A stretch of 64,000 bases of DNA from the NCBI GenBank assembly GCA_049517415.1, contig JBEKSC010000007.1, positions 1 to 64,000 on the forward strand, read 5' to 3'. Position numbers and translations under genes: made by a program. The notes under the pieces were generated by a model that was not told the origin of the DNA, searched no databases, and was given only the letters and a program-made list of their open reading frames with translations. Origin of the DNA: Candidatus Bathyarchaeia archaeon (lineage in GTDB: Archaea > Thermoproteota > Bathyarchaeia > 40CM-2-53-6). Positions 20,706 to 30,465 of the stretch are shown here, in pieces. Position 1 is the stretch's first letter. The number at the start of each line of letters is the position of its first letter.

Positions 20706-21973
20706 GTGGCCCTATAGCGGAGGATCGCGGCGATTCCGCCGAAGGAATCCTTCAACATTACTCCCTCATCAGTTTCCGTAGATATGACCGCGATGTTGGC
20801 GTTTTGTTTCTCCGCGATTTCGACCAATTCGTCGACCAAATCCTTCGTGTTCTCGATGAAGAGAGCTGATGCGTTGCATTTCTTGCAGGGAGTTGCTATG
20901 AGGTCCTGTTCGAACTTGACGAGGTTAGCTTGCGGAATGAGCGAATCCTCAACGGCGCCACAGTTTTTGCACTTCGTGTAGACGTGAAGTATGTTCATCT
21001 TCTCGGACACGAGCAAAAGGTCGACTATGCCTGCGGTCAAGAATTTTCTGACCTGAGTCTCTCCGTAAACGCCCAAGCCGGTATCATGGCCGATTTCATA
21101 TAGGAACTTCTGGACAAGGCGTTTCTCCTCTAAGTACCTAACGCCTTTCAAGACGTCTTGGCTCTTGGAGATTATTTCTTCGACGCCTTGCTCCCCTACG
21201 TAGGACGTATCAACTGTGGCCATGATCTTCTCCTTTAGCATGTAATTCAAGTAGTCCCCTTCCACGAAGTCATGCTTTGTTGGCCCAGGGCCGCCTATGA
21301 TCAGGCCCTTTAGTCCCTGAACCTTGCCGAGTAGCTCGTATGAGTGGGTCGCAATCCTTCTGAAGTAGTCGTTCATAGCCTGCTCGCGGATCCGCTCAAA
21401 ACGCCTAGCCGATTGCCCACCAGCTCTATGCTTACCAGGTATGCCCGACGTGAATTCCTGCAAGACCTCCATCCTTTGACCTCGGACAGTAGCTACGACT
21501 GCTTCAGTGGAATCAATCACTACGACGCCAAACGCGTCTCGTTCGGTAGCCATCTCCATTAATGGTTCAAGGTGAAACTTCGCGTCACACCGGTAGAAGT
21601 AAATGTTGATTGGTTCGGGTGGTTCCAGAACGTAGGTTTCCATTTTCTCCGTCCCGGCTCCTCCGTGTGGGATTGCCCCACAGAAAATAACTAAACCATT
21701 CTTCGGGGGCTCTTTGAATAGCTTGAGCCTCTGCTGCACCCTCTCAATGGCTTCCAAAACGTTCTTTCGCGTCGTACGCGATTTGATGTTCGAGGCAGTG
21801 CCGTACTCCTCACGGAGGTTAGCCATCACTTCGTGAATTCTCCGGCCTGGCGGGACATAGAGGCTTATGAGTTCGGTGCCCCGACCCTCCTTGGAGGCCA
21901 GCATTTCCAATGTCCGTTTCAACCGAAAGCGCGAAACTGAATCCGAAGTGGTTGTCGTTGACAATGGAAACAC
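20702..21973 (-). CDS. prf1: Peptide chain release factor aRF1
   Basis: ELISLYVP, ASNIKS, YRCD, KHRAGGQSARRFER, FGGIAAILRY. Confidence 0.97.
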   Translation of the reverse strand: MFPLSTTTTSDSVSRFRLKRTLEMLASKEGRGTELISLYVPPGRRIHEVMANLREEYGTASNIKSRTTRKNVLEAIERVQQRLKLFKEPPKNGLVIFCGAIPHGGAGTEKMETYVLEPPEPINIYFYRCDAKFHLEPLMEMATERDAFGVVVIDSTEAVVATVRGQRMEVLQEFTSGIPGKHRAGGQSARRFERIREQAMNDYFRRIATHSYELLGKVQGLKGLIIGGPGPTKHDFVEGDYLNYMLKEKIMATVDTSYVGEQGVEEIISKSQDVLKGVRYLEEKRLVQKFLYEIGHDTGLGVYGETQVRKFLTAGIVDLLLVSEKMNILHVYTKCKNCGAVEDSLIPQANLVKFEQDLIATPCKKCNASALFIENTKDLVDELVEIAEKQNANIAVISTETDEGVMLKDSFGGIAAILRYRAT

Positions 21974-22074
21974 CGTTGCGCATGGGTAACGTTCCGGATT
22001 TTATATAGGTTGGTTCGGAGGGGCTTGGTTTCAGAAATCAAATAACGCTCGGGACATAGTATCAGCTAAGGTGG

Positions 22075-22758
22075 TTGTTTTTGAAAGTCGTGCTGAAACT
22101 TGGCGGCTTTGCCTTCCCAGGTGGATCTGGAGAGGTTCTCGTCGAGGAATACGTGAAGTTACTCAAGGAACTTGTAGGCGAATACCAACTTGTGGTTGTG
22201 ACTGGTGGTGGCGGCGTCGCCCGGACATACATCAAAGCTGCTCGGAACATGGGGGTCACTGAGTCGCTTTGTGATCAGATCGGCATCCTGGTCAGTAGGT
22301 TGAACGCACGGCTGCTAGTTGATGGGTTGGAAGAATACGCTTTCCCCAAAATTCCTGTGAATATTGGGGACTTGAAACATTATTTTAGCTCAGGAAAAAT
22401 CGTGGCCATGGGCGGACTCACACCAGGCCATTCAACCAACGCCGTTGCCGCAATCGCTGCAGAAACAGTCGGTGCGGAGCTTTTCGTAAATGCAACCGAC
22501 GTCGAAGGAGTCTTCACATCCGATCCGAGCAAGGACAAGAGTGCAAAGAAGCTGGACGAAGTATCGGTCAGCAAGCTAACAGAAATCCTCTCGAAAGCCG
22601 ACATCAAGGCCGGAGCCTATGAGCTAATGGATCCACTCGCCATCCGAATCATAGCTCGATCGAAGATACCGACAATAATTCTGGACGGGCGAACAACAGC
22701 AAACGTAATCCGAGCCCTAAGGAATGAGCATGTTGGGACTCGGCTGCTACCAGGCTAG
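22075..22758 (+). CDS. pyrH: UMP kinase
   Basis: VLKLGG, VTGGG..AR.YI, PGHSTNAVAA, TDVEGVFTSDP. Confidence 0.93.
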   Translation: MFLKVVLKLGGFAFPGGSGEVLVEEYVKLLKELVGEYQLVVVTGGGGVARTYIKAARNMGVTESLCDQIGILVSRLNARLLVDGLEEYAFPKIPVNIGDLKHYFSSGKIVAMGGLTPGHSTNAVAAIAAETVGAELFVNATDVEGVFTSDPSKDKSAKKLDEVSVSKLTEILSKADIKAGAYELMDPLAIRIIARSKIPTIILDGRTTANVIRALRNEHVGTRLLPG

Positions 22759-22770
22759 GCGGCTTGCCAC

Positions 22771-23049
22771 TTGAAGCTAAGCGACGTTTTTCAATCCAAG
22801 GCACAGGTCAGGCTACTGGAATATTTCCTAGAAAACGCGGGAACGCAACGAGTCTTCAACCAGGCGCTCCTAGCAAACCTTCTTGGCCTATCGCCATCAA
22901 CAATTGCCCGTATTGTCGAGCCCCTAATCAAAGAGAAGATAATACTCTTCGAAAAGTTTGACGAGGGCATGAAAATCTTTACGCTTAACGAGGCTGAAGA
23001 GAAAACTAGAGCCCTAGTAGAATTCCACAAAAGGCTAAAAGAACTCTAG
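22771..23049 (+). CDS. Winged helix-turn-helix protein
   Basis: VRLLEYFL...NQALLANLLGLSPSTIARIVEPL HTH pattern. Confidence 0.75.
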   Translation: MKLSDVFQSKAQVRLLEYFLENAGTQRVFNQALLANLLGLSPSTIARIVEPLIKEKIILFEKFDEGMKIFTLNEAEEKTRALVEFHKRLKEL

Positions 23050-23064
23050 GAGAGTTCCTTTGAA

Positions 23065-23211
23065 TTACTTATTCTCACTCTTAGCTACCGAGCGAAATTT
23101 GTCCGCCAGGGAATCACAAATCAGTGAACAGACGCGCCATTGTCGTAGGTTATAGTTTATTCTTAGCTCTTCCAGTGCTTCGACTACTTTGTCTTCTTCT
23201 TCTGGCGTCAA
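23065..23211 (-). CDS. Possible small protein (48 aa), below the ORF-track cutoff
   Basis: TTG start; MTPEEEDKVVEALEELRINYNLRQWRVCSLICDSLADKFRSVAKSENK fills an otherwise empty gap. Confidence 0.35.
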   Translation of the reverse strand: MTPEEEDKVVEALEELRINYNLRQWRVCSLICDSLADKFRSVAKSENK

Positions 23212-23325
23212 TGTTTTTTTCCCGACTGAAGGTCGGCGAATATTTGGGGCGGCCTATTAAGTGTTCCCCGAATTTCTCAAGAAAGTATGAAAATTCCAAA
23301 AAATGCTCGAGTTCCTTTTGCGGAA

Positions 23326-23646
23326 CTAGACTTCGCTGAGTAGCGCTCTATCCATCCATGCGAGGTAGGGTTTGGACCCGCGGTCGATTTTGAGAGAGAC
23401 TATCTCAGGCACCTCATAGCTGTGTAGCGCGAGAATTCGTCGCCTCAATTTTGAGAAAATCTTTGAGTCGGTTTTGATTATCAGGAGCCATTCGCGTTCT
23501 TTCATGACCTTCCCCTTCCACCTGTAGCATGAAATGACGGGGAGAATGTTCACGCACGCGGCTAATCGCCTTTGGACTAGGGCTCCAGCTATTTCGTGGG
23601 CTTCTCGAATGCTTCCACAGGTCGAGAGGACTATGCTTTGGGGCAT
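23326..23646 (-). CDS. cutA: Divalent-cation tolerance protein CutA
   Basis: LV..RLAACVNI, S.YRWKG, IIKT, HSYEVPEI, YLAW. Confidence 0.93.
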   Translation of the reverse strand: MPQSIVLSTCGSIREAHEIAGALVQRRLAACVNILPVISCYRWKGKVMKEREWLLIIKTDSKIFSKLRRRILALHSYEVPEIVSLKIDRGSKPYLAWMDRALLSEV

Positions 23647-23703
23647 CTTGTGTCCCAGAAAGGTTTTAGTTGAGCACCTTAATTTCACTGCCGAAGATTT
23701 CGA

Positions 23704-24876
23704 ATGGACCCATTATTCTCTTTCTTAGTAGTTTATCTCGCAGTCTGGGTCTTCATATGCATTGCGTGGTGGGCGTTTAAGGCTGAGAGGTTTGGCGTTT
23801 CCGGGCTACCGTTCTACATAATTTACCGAACGACACGGTTGAACAGGCTGATTGAAAGGATCTCGAACTCAAAGCCCTCGGTCTGGAGAACATTTTGGAA
23901 CATCGGCATCGTAACCGTCATCGGTGCGATGGTATTCATATTCTACCAACTTGCGAGTAATCTGCTAAACTTGTTCTTCCAAACCCAACAAGCTGTCTCC
24001 ATTCAGCCCATAATTCCAGTTCCAGGACTTGGGGTGAGTTTCGAAACTTTCCCATACATCGTTCTAGCGTTGTCGGTTGTTGTGGTAACGCATGAAGCCT
24101 CCCATGGAATTGCCAGCCTCGCCGACCACGTTCCACTCAAATCCACTGGAGCTTTCTTTGGCCATGTATTGATGGGCGGTTTCGTTGAACCGGACGAAGA
24201 GAAGCTGATGCACGCACGGAATACGACTAAGCTAAGGGTCTTCGCTGCAGGTTCTTTCACAAACGCCGTGCTCGGAGTGCTCTGCATCTTCTTGCTCTTC
24301 AATTTCTCGGCCACAATTGCCCCATTCTATACAGTAGCTACAACCGGCGTCACAATCGGCTCAATCCCGTCGAACCTACCCGCACATTCTTCCGGCCTTC
24401 AAGCAGGGGATATTGTAACGAGCATAAATGGAACAAAGATCACGGACATAAACGACCTGCGCCAATACATGACACAAGTAATCCCAGGGGAGGAAATTGT
24501 CGTTGGCACTCCACGCGGATCTTTCACAGTCAAGACGGGAGTGGACCAAACCAATTCAAGTCATGCTATAATTGGGATAGGCGGGTTGACGGATAATATT
24601 GTTTACAACCCTAAGTTCCAAGGCTGGTCAAGCGAATTCCCCCCAGTCCTCTTTCACGCCGAGTTCTGGCTTTCCATTGTCCTCATTAGCGTTGCATTGA
24701 TCAACATGCTTCCAATGTATCCGTTCGATGGAGACAAATTCCTCGAAGCGGCCTTGAACGTATTTGGAATCACGAAAACGAAACAGATTCGCACAGCAGC
24801 AAATCTCGCCGCCTACACACTTCTCTTCTTGAATGTAGGTTTGTCTCTTCTCAGGTTTGGTTTCCTGAGGTACTAA
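23704..24876 (+). CDS. Site-2 protease (M50) with PDZ domain
   Basis: HEASH zinc motif, AAGSFTN, PA..SGLQAGD PDZ, NMLPMYPFDG. Confidence 0.92.
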   Translation: MDPLFSFLVVYLAVWVFICIAWWAFKAERFGVSGLPFYIIYRTTRLNRLIERISNSKPSVWRTFWNIGIVTVIGAMVFIFYQLASNLLNLFFQTQQAVSIQPIIPVPGLGVSFETFPYIVLALSVVVVTHEASHGIASLADHVPLKSTGAFFGHVLMGGFVEPDEEKLMHARNTTKLRVFAAGSFTNAVLGVLCIFLLFNFSATIAPFYTVATTGVTIGSIPSNLPAHSSGLQAGDIVTSINGTKITDINDLRQYMTQVIPGEEIVVGTPRGSFTVKTGVDQTNSSHAIIGIGGLTDNIVYNPKFQGWSSEFPPVLFHAEFWLSIVLISVALINMLPMYPFDGDKFLEAALNVFGITKTKQIRTAANLAAYTLLFLNVGLSLLRFGFLRY

Positions 24877-24880
24877 GGCT

Positions 24881-25804
24881 GTGGATACTGCAACTTGCAC
24901 ATACTGCTCAGGGGATGCAGTTTACACTAGGGAGTATGAAGGCGTCTCCTTCTGCTCCAAGTGCTTTCGCGGCGCCCTAGAAGAAAAGGTGCGTAAAACC
25001 ATCATACGCCATCAAATGCTTGACTACGACGACCATGTCGCGGTCGCCGTTTCCGGCGGAAAGGACAGCTTAACACTGCTTAACGTTCTTGTCAAGCTGG
25101 AAGGCCGTTTTCCCAAGAGCCGCCTGACCGCGGTTTGCGTGGACGAAGGTATCGATGGATATAGGGATGAGGCGCTCGAACTTGCCCGCAACGCCTGCAG
25201 TAGACTCGGCGTCGAACAAGTAGTAGTATCGTTCCGTGAGCTTTTTGGCGCTACGACCGATGAAATTGCTGGGTTAAGGTTAGGGCAGACACCCTGCGCA
25301 TATTGCGGCGTATTTCGGCGAAAGGCAATCAACAAGGCTGCGGCGAAAATCGGAGCCACAAAAATCACGACCGCACATAACTTGGATGATGAAGTGCAGA
25401 CAGTTCTCCTCAACATGTTGCATGGCGACCCGATGAGGATTGCACGCTCGGGCCCACTCCTAAAAGACCCAAGCGGAAGGTTCCTACCCCGCATCAAACC
25501 TCTTTCGGACATTCCTGAGAAAGAAATAGTTCTCTACGCTTACCTGAACCGGATAGAATTTCAGAGCATTGAATGCCCGCATGGACATGAGGCCTTAAGA
25601 AACGACATCCGAGCTTTCCTCAATCAGCTGGAGCAAAAGCACCCCGGAAGCAAGTTCACGTTGCAAAGGGCCGCCGAAAGACTGCGTGATACATTGACCG
25701 AGACAACGCCAATCATGGAATTGGGTCAATGCGAAAAATGCGGTGACCCAACTCCGCATAAGTTTTGTGAAGCCTGCGTAATGCTTGAAACTATGGCAGC
25801 TTGA
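24881..25804 (+). CDS. tRNA 2-thiolation protein (TtuA/NcsA, TIGR00269-like)
   Basis: N-terminal CxxC pairs, VAVSGGKDS PP-loop, PCAYCGVFRR, TAHNLDDE, C-terminal CxxC...CxxC. Confidence 0.9.
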   Translation: MDTATCTYCSGDAVYTREYEGVSFCSKCFRGALEEKVRKTIIRHQMLDYDDHVAVAVSGGKDSLTLLNVLVKLEGRFPKSRLTAVCVDEGIDGYRDEALELARNACSRLGVEQVVVSFRELFGATTDEIAGLRLGQTPCAYCGVFRRKAINKAAAKIGATKITTAHNLDDEVQTVLLNMLHGDPMRIARSGPLLKDPSGRFLPRIKPLSDIPEKEIVLYAYLNRIEFQSIECPHGHEALRNDIRAFLNQLEQKHPGSKFTLQRAAERLRDTLTETTPIMELGQCEKCGDPTPHKFCEACVMLETMAA

Positions 25805-25866
25805 ACCCTAATTACCATGGCGGTATCACTGCCGTCTTTATATGACAACTAAGGTGAGAATCAATC

Positions 25867-26192
25867 GGCGATGGCAGGAGGATCGGGGAGCCAGCCGTTC
25901 CCTGTGACCCGAAATCGGCTATACGCGGGGACCCGTTAACCCGAGGGAGAGTCATCTCCTAACCTGAGTAGGCTTCCAAGGCCAACGATGAGACTCTGCC
26001 CCACCGGGCCAGCGCAGGGGAGAATCCTTCTGAAGGGAAGGATTCATCTCTTCATCGTCGAACCCGATGAGGCTCGGAAGAGAGCAGTCGTAAGGCGAGC
26101 GCCAAGGCGCTGATGGGATAACAGGGTGTAGGAGGTTTTGGAGAAACCGCTCAGGCGTGGAATGCCAATTCATCGGGGATGCTGCCATCGCC
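25867..26192 (+). ncRNA. ffs: Signal recognition particle (7S) RNA
   Basis: Terminal helix GGCGATGGCA/TGCCATCGCC; Alu-like CCCTGTGACCCGAAATCGGC; helix 8 GAACCCGATGAGGCTCGGAAGAGAGCAG; ~326 nt. Confidence 0.92.
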
Positions 26193-26730
26193 ATACAATC
26201 TCACCTGAGCAAAGAAAATCTTAGACCCAATCCGGCCAATCGATGGAAAGAATAATGAAGATACTCAACCGGAGGATAAACGGAATTAGGGTTCAGGGGT
26301 ACGGCCAGGTTAAAGGACTTCAACGAAATACTAGTCGAGTATATTGAACAATCATTAAAGGAAACTGTAGGTATAGCCGTTAGCGAAGCACTACTCACTG
26401 AATGCTGGTAGTGCAACGCTCAATAACCCCGCAAATCCGAACTTCCCATTCAAACAAGACACAATCTCCCTCAGGTGAATTGGACCTCAACGATGATTAA
26501 CCCACCACACTAGCCATCTGTCAGATTCGAAGGTTGGCGTCGCTTTAAAGTTGATTTCACCGTCAATATACGGTCTCTGTGTTCGACTCGACCAAAGGAT
26601 ACCTGGACAAAAATTTTCATTGAATTCGCGGGAGCTTAGAATCTGCAGCCGAAGCCGTTGTTTGAAGTCAACGCTTAATACGGCGGACCGAGTAGGCTAC
26701 CAAAAATTCAGTGGAGATCAGGTCATTCCC

Positions 26731-27309
26731 ATGAGTCGTAAGCCGCCCGATGTCAGGATCTTCGAGAAATGGGGCGTTGATAACATCGAGGTTGTGGACC
26801 CGGGCCTTGAGAAGTATCTCTCTGTGAAACCCATCCTTTTCCCTCACAGCGGGGGGAGGCATGAGCACAAGCGCTTTCGTAAGTCAGCCCTCAACATCGT
26901 GGAACGCCTCGTTAACAACATGATGCGTCCCGGTAGGGTGGGTGGGAAGAAGACTAAGGCAATTAGCATTGTTCGGAACGCATTTGAGATAATCGCCCTA
27001 AAGACGGGAAAGAACCCTGTCGAAGTTTTCGTAAAGGCCGTCGAGAACACTGCTCCAGCGGAAGATGTCACCCGAATAGCTTACGGTGGAATCGTCTACC
27101 CCATCTCAGTCGACATAGCCCCACTCAGGAGAATCGACATGTCCTTACGCTTCATGACAGACGGAGCGCGCCAAGCGGCCTATAGCAACCCTAGAACGAT
27201 TGATGAATGCCTCGCTGAGGAGATATCGTACGCGGCCCAACGGGACAACAGGAGTTTCGCAGTCAGGAAGCGAGACGAAATGGAACGAGTAGCTTTAGCC
27301 TCGCGTTAA
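26731..27309 (+). CDS. rps7: 30S ribosomal protein uS7
   Basis: PHSGGRHEHKRF.K..IVERL, NPVEVFVKAVEN.AP.ED, KRDEMERVALASR; ATG at 26731. Confidence 0.97.
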   Translation: MSRKPPDVRIFEKWGVDNIEVVDPGLEKYLSVKPILFPHSGGRHEHKRFRKSALNIVERLVNNMMRPGRVGGKKTKAISIVRNAFEIIALKTGKNPVEVFVKAVENTAPAEDVTRIAYGGIVYPISVDIAPLRRIDMSLRFMTDGARQAAYSNPRTIDECLAEEISYAAQRDNRSFAVRKRDEMERVALASR

Positions 27310-27425
27310 GCAAATTCCCTGAAATATTTTTCTACGACACTTTTCGTCCTTCGCAAAGTTCTAACCCTTAAATACGGGTGCCAGTGTTGACTAGCAAATC
27401 ATTAGACAAATTGGAAAGATGAAAG

Positions 27426-28751
27426 ATGTCTGCAGCGAAGAAGCCGCATTTGAACCTGATCATCATTGGCCATGTAGACCATGGAAAGAGCACGATGACA
27501 GGCCACCTACTCTTCGATACAGGGAACGTGGACGAGAAGACCATTGCTAAGTATGCTGACGAATCAAACAAGCTTGGGGCTGGGGAGACTTTCAAGTTCG
27601 CATGGGTCCTCGACACGCTCAAGGAAGAGAGAGAACGTGGTGTTACGATTGACCTTAGGTTTGAGAAATTCGAAACCGACAAGCTCTTCTTCACCATCAT
27701 CGACGCGCCTGGCCATCGGGACTTCATCAAGAACATGATTACGGGCACAAGCCAAGCCGACGCGGCAATACTCGTAGTATCCTCGAAGAAGGGAGAGTTC
27801 GAAGTCGGCGTCGGCACTGGAGGCCAAACCCGAGAACACGCATACCTAGCACGAACGTTAGGCGTCGGCCAACTTGCCGTCGCTATTAACAAGATGGATG
27901 ACGCGTCAACAAACTATGCGGAGGAGAGGTATAATGAGTGCAAGAAGGAAATGGAAGGCCTCTTGAAAGTTGTCGGGTATGATACCTCGAAGATTCAATT
28001 CGTCCCAGTCTCAGGATGGCTAGGCGATAATCTCGTTAAGAAATCAGCAAAGATGGCCTGGTACAAAGGCCCAACAATGATCGAAGTATTGAACAGCTTC
28101 ACGGAACCGGCTAAACCAACCGACAAACCCCTAAGAATCCCCGTTCAGGACGTCTACTCAATTACGGGAATAGGAACGGTCCCCGTGGGCCGAGTCGAAA
28201 CAGGAACTATGAAGGTTGGCGATAGCATCGTCTTCATGCCAGCAAACGCCAGAGGCGAATGCAAGGACATTGAAACCCACCACACAAAGATTCCGCAGGC
28301 GCTTCCTGGAGACAACATAGGCTTCAACGTAAGAGGCATAGGAAAGACCGACATACACAGAGGCGACGTGGCGGGACATAGTGACAAGCCACCAACGGTC
28401 GCAGCGGAGTTCATTGGCCGAATCATCGTGGTATTCCACCCGACCGCCATTGCAGCCGGCTACACGCCCGTGCTCCACGCTCACACCGCAACCACCTCAG
28501 CTACCCTAACAGAACTATTGCAAAAGATCGATGCACGCTCAGGCCAGGTCACGCAAGAAAAACCTGACTTCCTCAAGACTGGCGACGCTGCCCTAGTGAA
28601 GATAAAACCGCTCCGCCCACTATCCGTGGAAGCATACTCCGAGATTCCGCAACTTGGCCGCTTCGCAATTCGCGACATGGGTAGCACCATCGCGGTTGGC
28701 GTAGTTCAAGAGATCACGCAGAAAGCTCAGATACCTGAGAAGAAGACCTAA
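27426..28751 (+). CDS. tuf: Translation elongation factor EF-1alpha
   Basis: [40 protein letters not shown]. Confidence 0.98.
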   Translation: MSAAKKPHLNLIIIGHVDHGKSTMTGHLLFDTGNVDEKTIAKYADESNKLGAGETFKFAWVLDTLKEERERGVTIDLRFEKFETDKLFFTIIDAPGHRDFIKNMITGTSQADAAILVVSSKKGEFEVGVGTGGQTREHAYLARTLGVGQLAVAINKMDDASTNYAEERYNECKKEMEGLLKVVGYDTSKIQFVPVSGWLGDNLVKKSAKMAWYKGPTMIEVLNSFTEPAKPTDKPLRIPVQDVYSITGIGTVPVGRVETGTMKVGDSIVFMPANARGECKDIETHHTKIPQALPGDNIGFNVRGIGKTDIHRGDVAGHSDKPPTVAAEFIGRIIVVFHPTAIAAGYTPVLHAHTATTSATLTELLQKIDARSGQVTQEKPDFLKTGDAALVKIKPLRPLSVEAYSEIPQLGRFAIRDMGSTIAVGVVQEITQKAQIPEKKT

Positions 28752-28859
28752 CCTTCTCAGGCCCGAAATTATTTTTCCAGACATCCTTTGCCTAGCGAAC
28801 GCTTTTTATTGGCCCCACCGGCCTAGGGGCATGTTTCGCACCTAGAAGGAAAGCATACT

Positions 28860-29168
28860 TTGCCAAACAAAGCAAGGATTCGGCTCTCAAGCACTGACCC
28901 TCAGGGCCTGAACAGCATCTGCAGTGAGATCATGAAGATTGCCGACCGAACAGGTGTGAAGCTCCGCGGGCCGATACCCCTCCCGACCAAGAGGCTATGG
29001 GTCCCGACACGAAAAAGCCCATGCGGGGAAGGAACGCATACATGGGACAGCTGGGAAATGCGTATCCACAAGCGACTAATCGATGTCGATCCGAACGAAA
29101 GGTTCCTCAAGCGTTTGATGCGAATTCAAACCCCCGAAAAAGTCTTCATCGAGATTGAACTCCTCTAA
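28860..29168 (+). CDS. rps10: 30S ribosomal protein uS10
   Basis: [13 protein letters not shown]...[22 protein letters not shown]. Confidence 0.97.
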   Translation: MPNKARIRLSSTDPQGLNSICSEIMKIADRTGVKLRGPIPLPTKRLWVPTRKSPCGEGTHTWDSWEMRIHKRLIDVDPNERFLKRLMRIQTPEKVFIEIELL

Positions 29169-29451
29169 GCACCCGCGTCCGGATTCCATTGACCTTTCGG
29201 GCTAACGTGAAATCCTTCATCGTTAAGCCACCGGAATCATGTGTTGTTAGCACGAGCTTGACTTTATTGTATTGAACTAATAAGTCCGGATGATGGTTCA
29301 TGGATTCGGCGTGTGTTGCAACGCGATTTACGAAGCGCATACTCTGAGCAAAGTCTTCAAAACCGAATAATCTCCAAATGCATTTGCCCCTGAGTCGCCA
29401 GCCATCGGTTTTCGCAAGCTCTAACTTGATCCGACGCTTGGTTAGCCTCAA
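29146..29451 (-). CDS. Pterin-4-alpha-carbinolamine dehydratase
   Basis: F.DF...FVNRVA..AE..NHHPD.....V...[14 protein letters not shown]. Confidence 0.9.
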   Translation of the reverse strand: MRLTKRRIKLELAKTDGWRLRGKCIWRLFGFEDFAQSMRFVNRVATHAESMNHHPDLLVQYNKVKLVLTTHDSGGLTMKDFTLARKVNGIRTRVLRGVQSR

Positions 29452-29749
29452 TTCGTATCGAGCATGGCGGTTTCTAATTGCAGCTATTTAGGTACAACTC
29501 GGAGAAGGTGGAGCGTTTTGTTATCGAACTGCGACTGTGTGGGTTTAAGCCAGCCCAGCTGCCTACTCGCTACAGAAGATTCCAACCCGATACGAACAAG
29601 CGTCCGGGAACATCTTCTTGCAAGGCTAATTCCAAGAAGTACTCTCAAATATTTCGTTTCGCTAAGCAAGCCACATCGAGGCTCCCTAGGTGACTTTCTC
29701 GTCTGCACATCACCTTAATTTGCAGCACAGGATTGTATGAGTGCCCGGT

Positions 29750-29931
29750 GCGGGGATACCAGAGCCAGGTCAAATGGGCGGGTCGCGTGCTACGTATGTG
29801 CGGCATGTGATGCCTACGCTTGGCCACGCGCGCTACACTCAAGATTCGCGCTCGGCGCGAGGGTTCACGTGCGCGGGTGAGCTATCCCGTGGCGTAGGCC
29901 TTCGTGGGTTCGAATCCCACTCCCCGCACCA
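29750..29931 (+). tRNA. tRNA-Leu(CAA) with two introns (30/31: 29783-29836; 37/38: 29844-29883) and encoded CCA
   Basis: Spliced sequence GCGGGGATACCAGAGCCAGGTCAAATGGGCGGG-ACTCAAG-ATCCCGTGGCGTAGGCCTTCGTGGGTTCGAATCCCACTCCCCGCACCA; long variable arm; BHB-type pairings at both junctions. Confidence 0.9.
29904..29931 (+). repeat. attL core: 28-bp 3' end of tRNA-Leu
   Basis: GTGGGTTCGAATCCCACTCCCCGCACCA, identical to 37452-37479. Confidence 0.9.
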
Positions 29932-30254
29932 CCTACTCCCACGGATGCAGGCGGACTAGGCAGTGCCGGCTCGGCGTCGGCTAAAGGAGGGGTACCGGTT
30001 CCAGCAATTCAGCGGGAGCGCATCCTTCAGCATGTGTGGCATCTGAAGAAGAACGGCTACCGAGAATCCACCATCACAGGCCGCGTGAAGCTGCACAGAA
30101 GCCTCGCCAGGCGCGTCAACCTCTTCAACCCCGAGGCCATCAAAGGAACCATGCTCTCCTCAATGTCTCGGAATGGAGGAAGCAGATGTTATCCTGCGGC
30201 TACCTCTGTATCTGTAGACAGTTCAACCTCCCCCTGTCAAAGCTAGCTGATTGA
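29932..30254 (+). pseudogene. Truncated, frameshifted tyrosine integrase (N-terminal part only)
   Basis: ...RILQHVWHLKKNGYRESTITGRVKL...VNLFNPEAIK then, after a frameshift near 30150, ALLNVSEWRKQMLSCGY. Resembles archaeal integrase N-termini; no catalytic domain follows. Confidence 0.7.
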
Positions 30255-30465
30255 CTCGCAATCGCAAACTTCTGCGAGCGAAGGGTGTGTAATGGCTAAT
30301 GGTTGCAGATTCGGTGGAAATATTATTACGGCATGGAACGGCCTGCCAAGCTTGGATAGTCGGTTTGTAAAATGGTTGGGCCGGTGTGGTACGAATCTTC
30401 GTTACTTTCGGCACTTTTCATGACTACGACGAACTGTGAACGAAATGCGCATGGAGATTGAAGCC

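Noticed and set aside
20702..21973. Link between aRF1 proximity and polB amber read-through
   Set aside because: aRF1 has canonical NIKS, YxC and GGQ motifs; the proximity is probably coincidental.
25952..26194. 80-aa minus-strand ORF
   Set aside because: Antisense shadow of the SRP RNA.
29790..29826. Third, nested intron within tRNA intron 1
   Set aside because: The CGTA/TACG helix is flanked by 5-nt and 2-nt bulges, not a 3-4-3 BHB.
29645..29959. ORFs 29645..29842 and 29741..29959
   Set aside because: They overlap the intron-containing tRNA-Leu and have no protein-like features.
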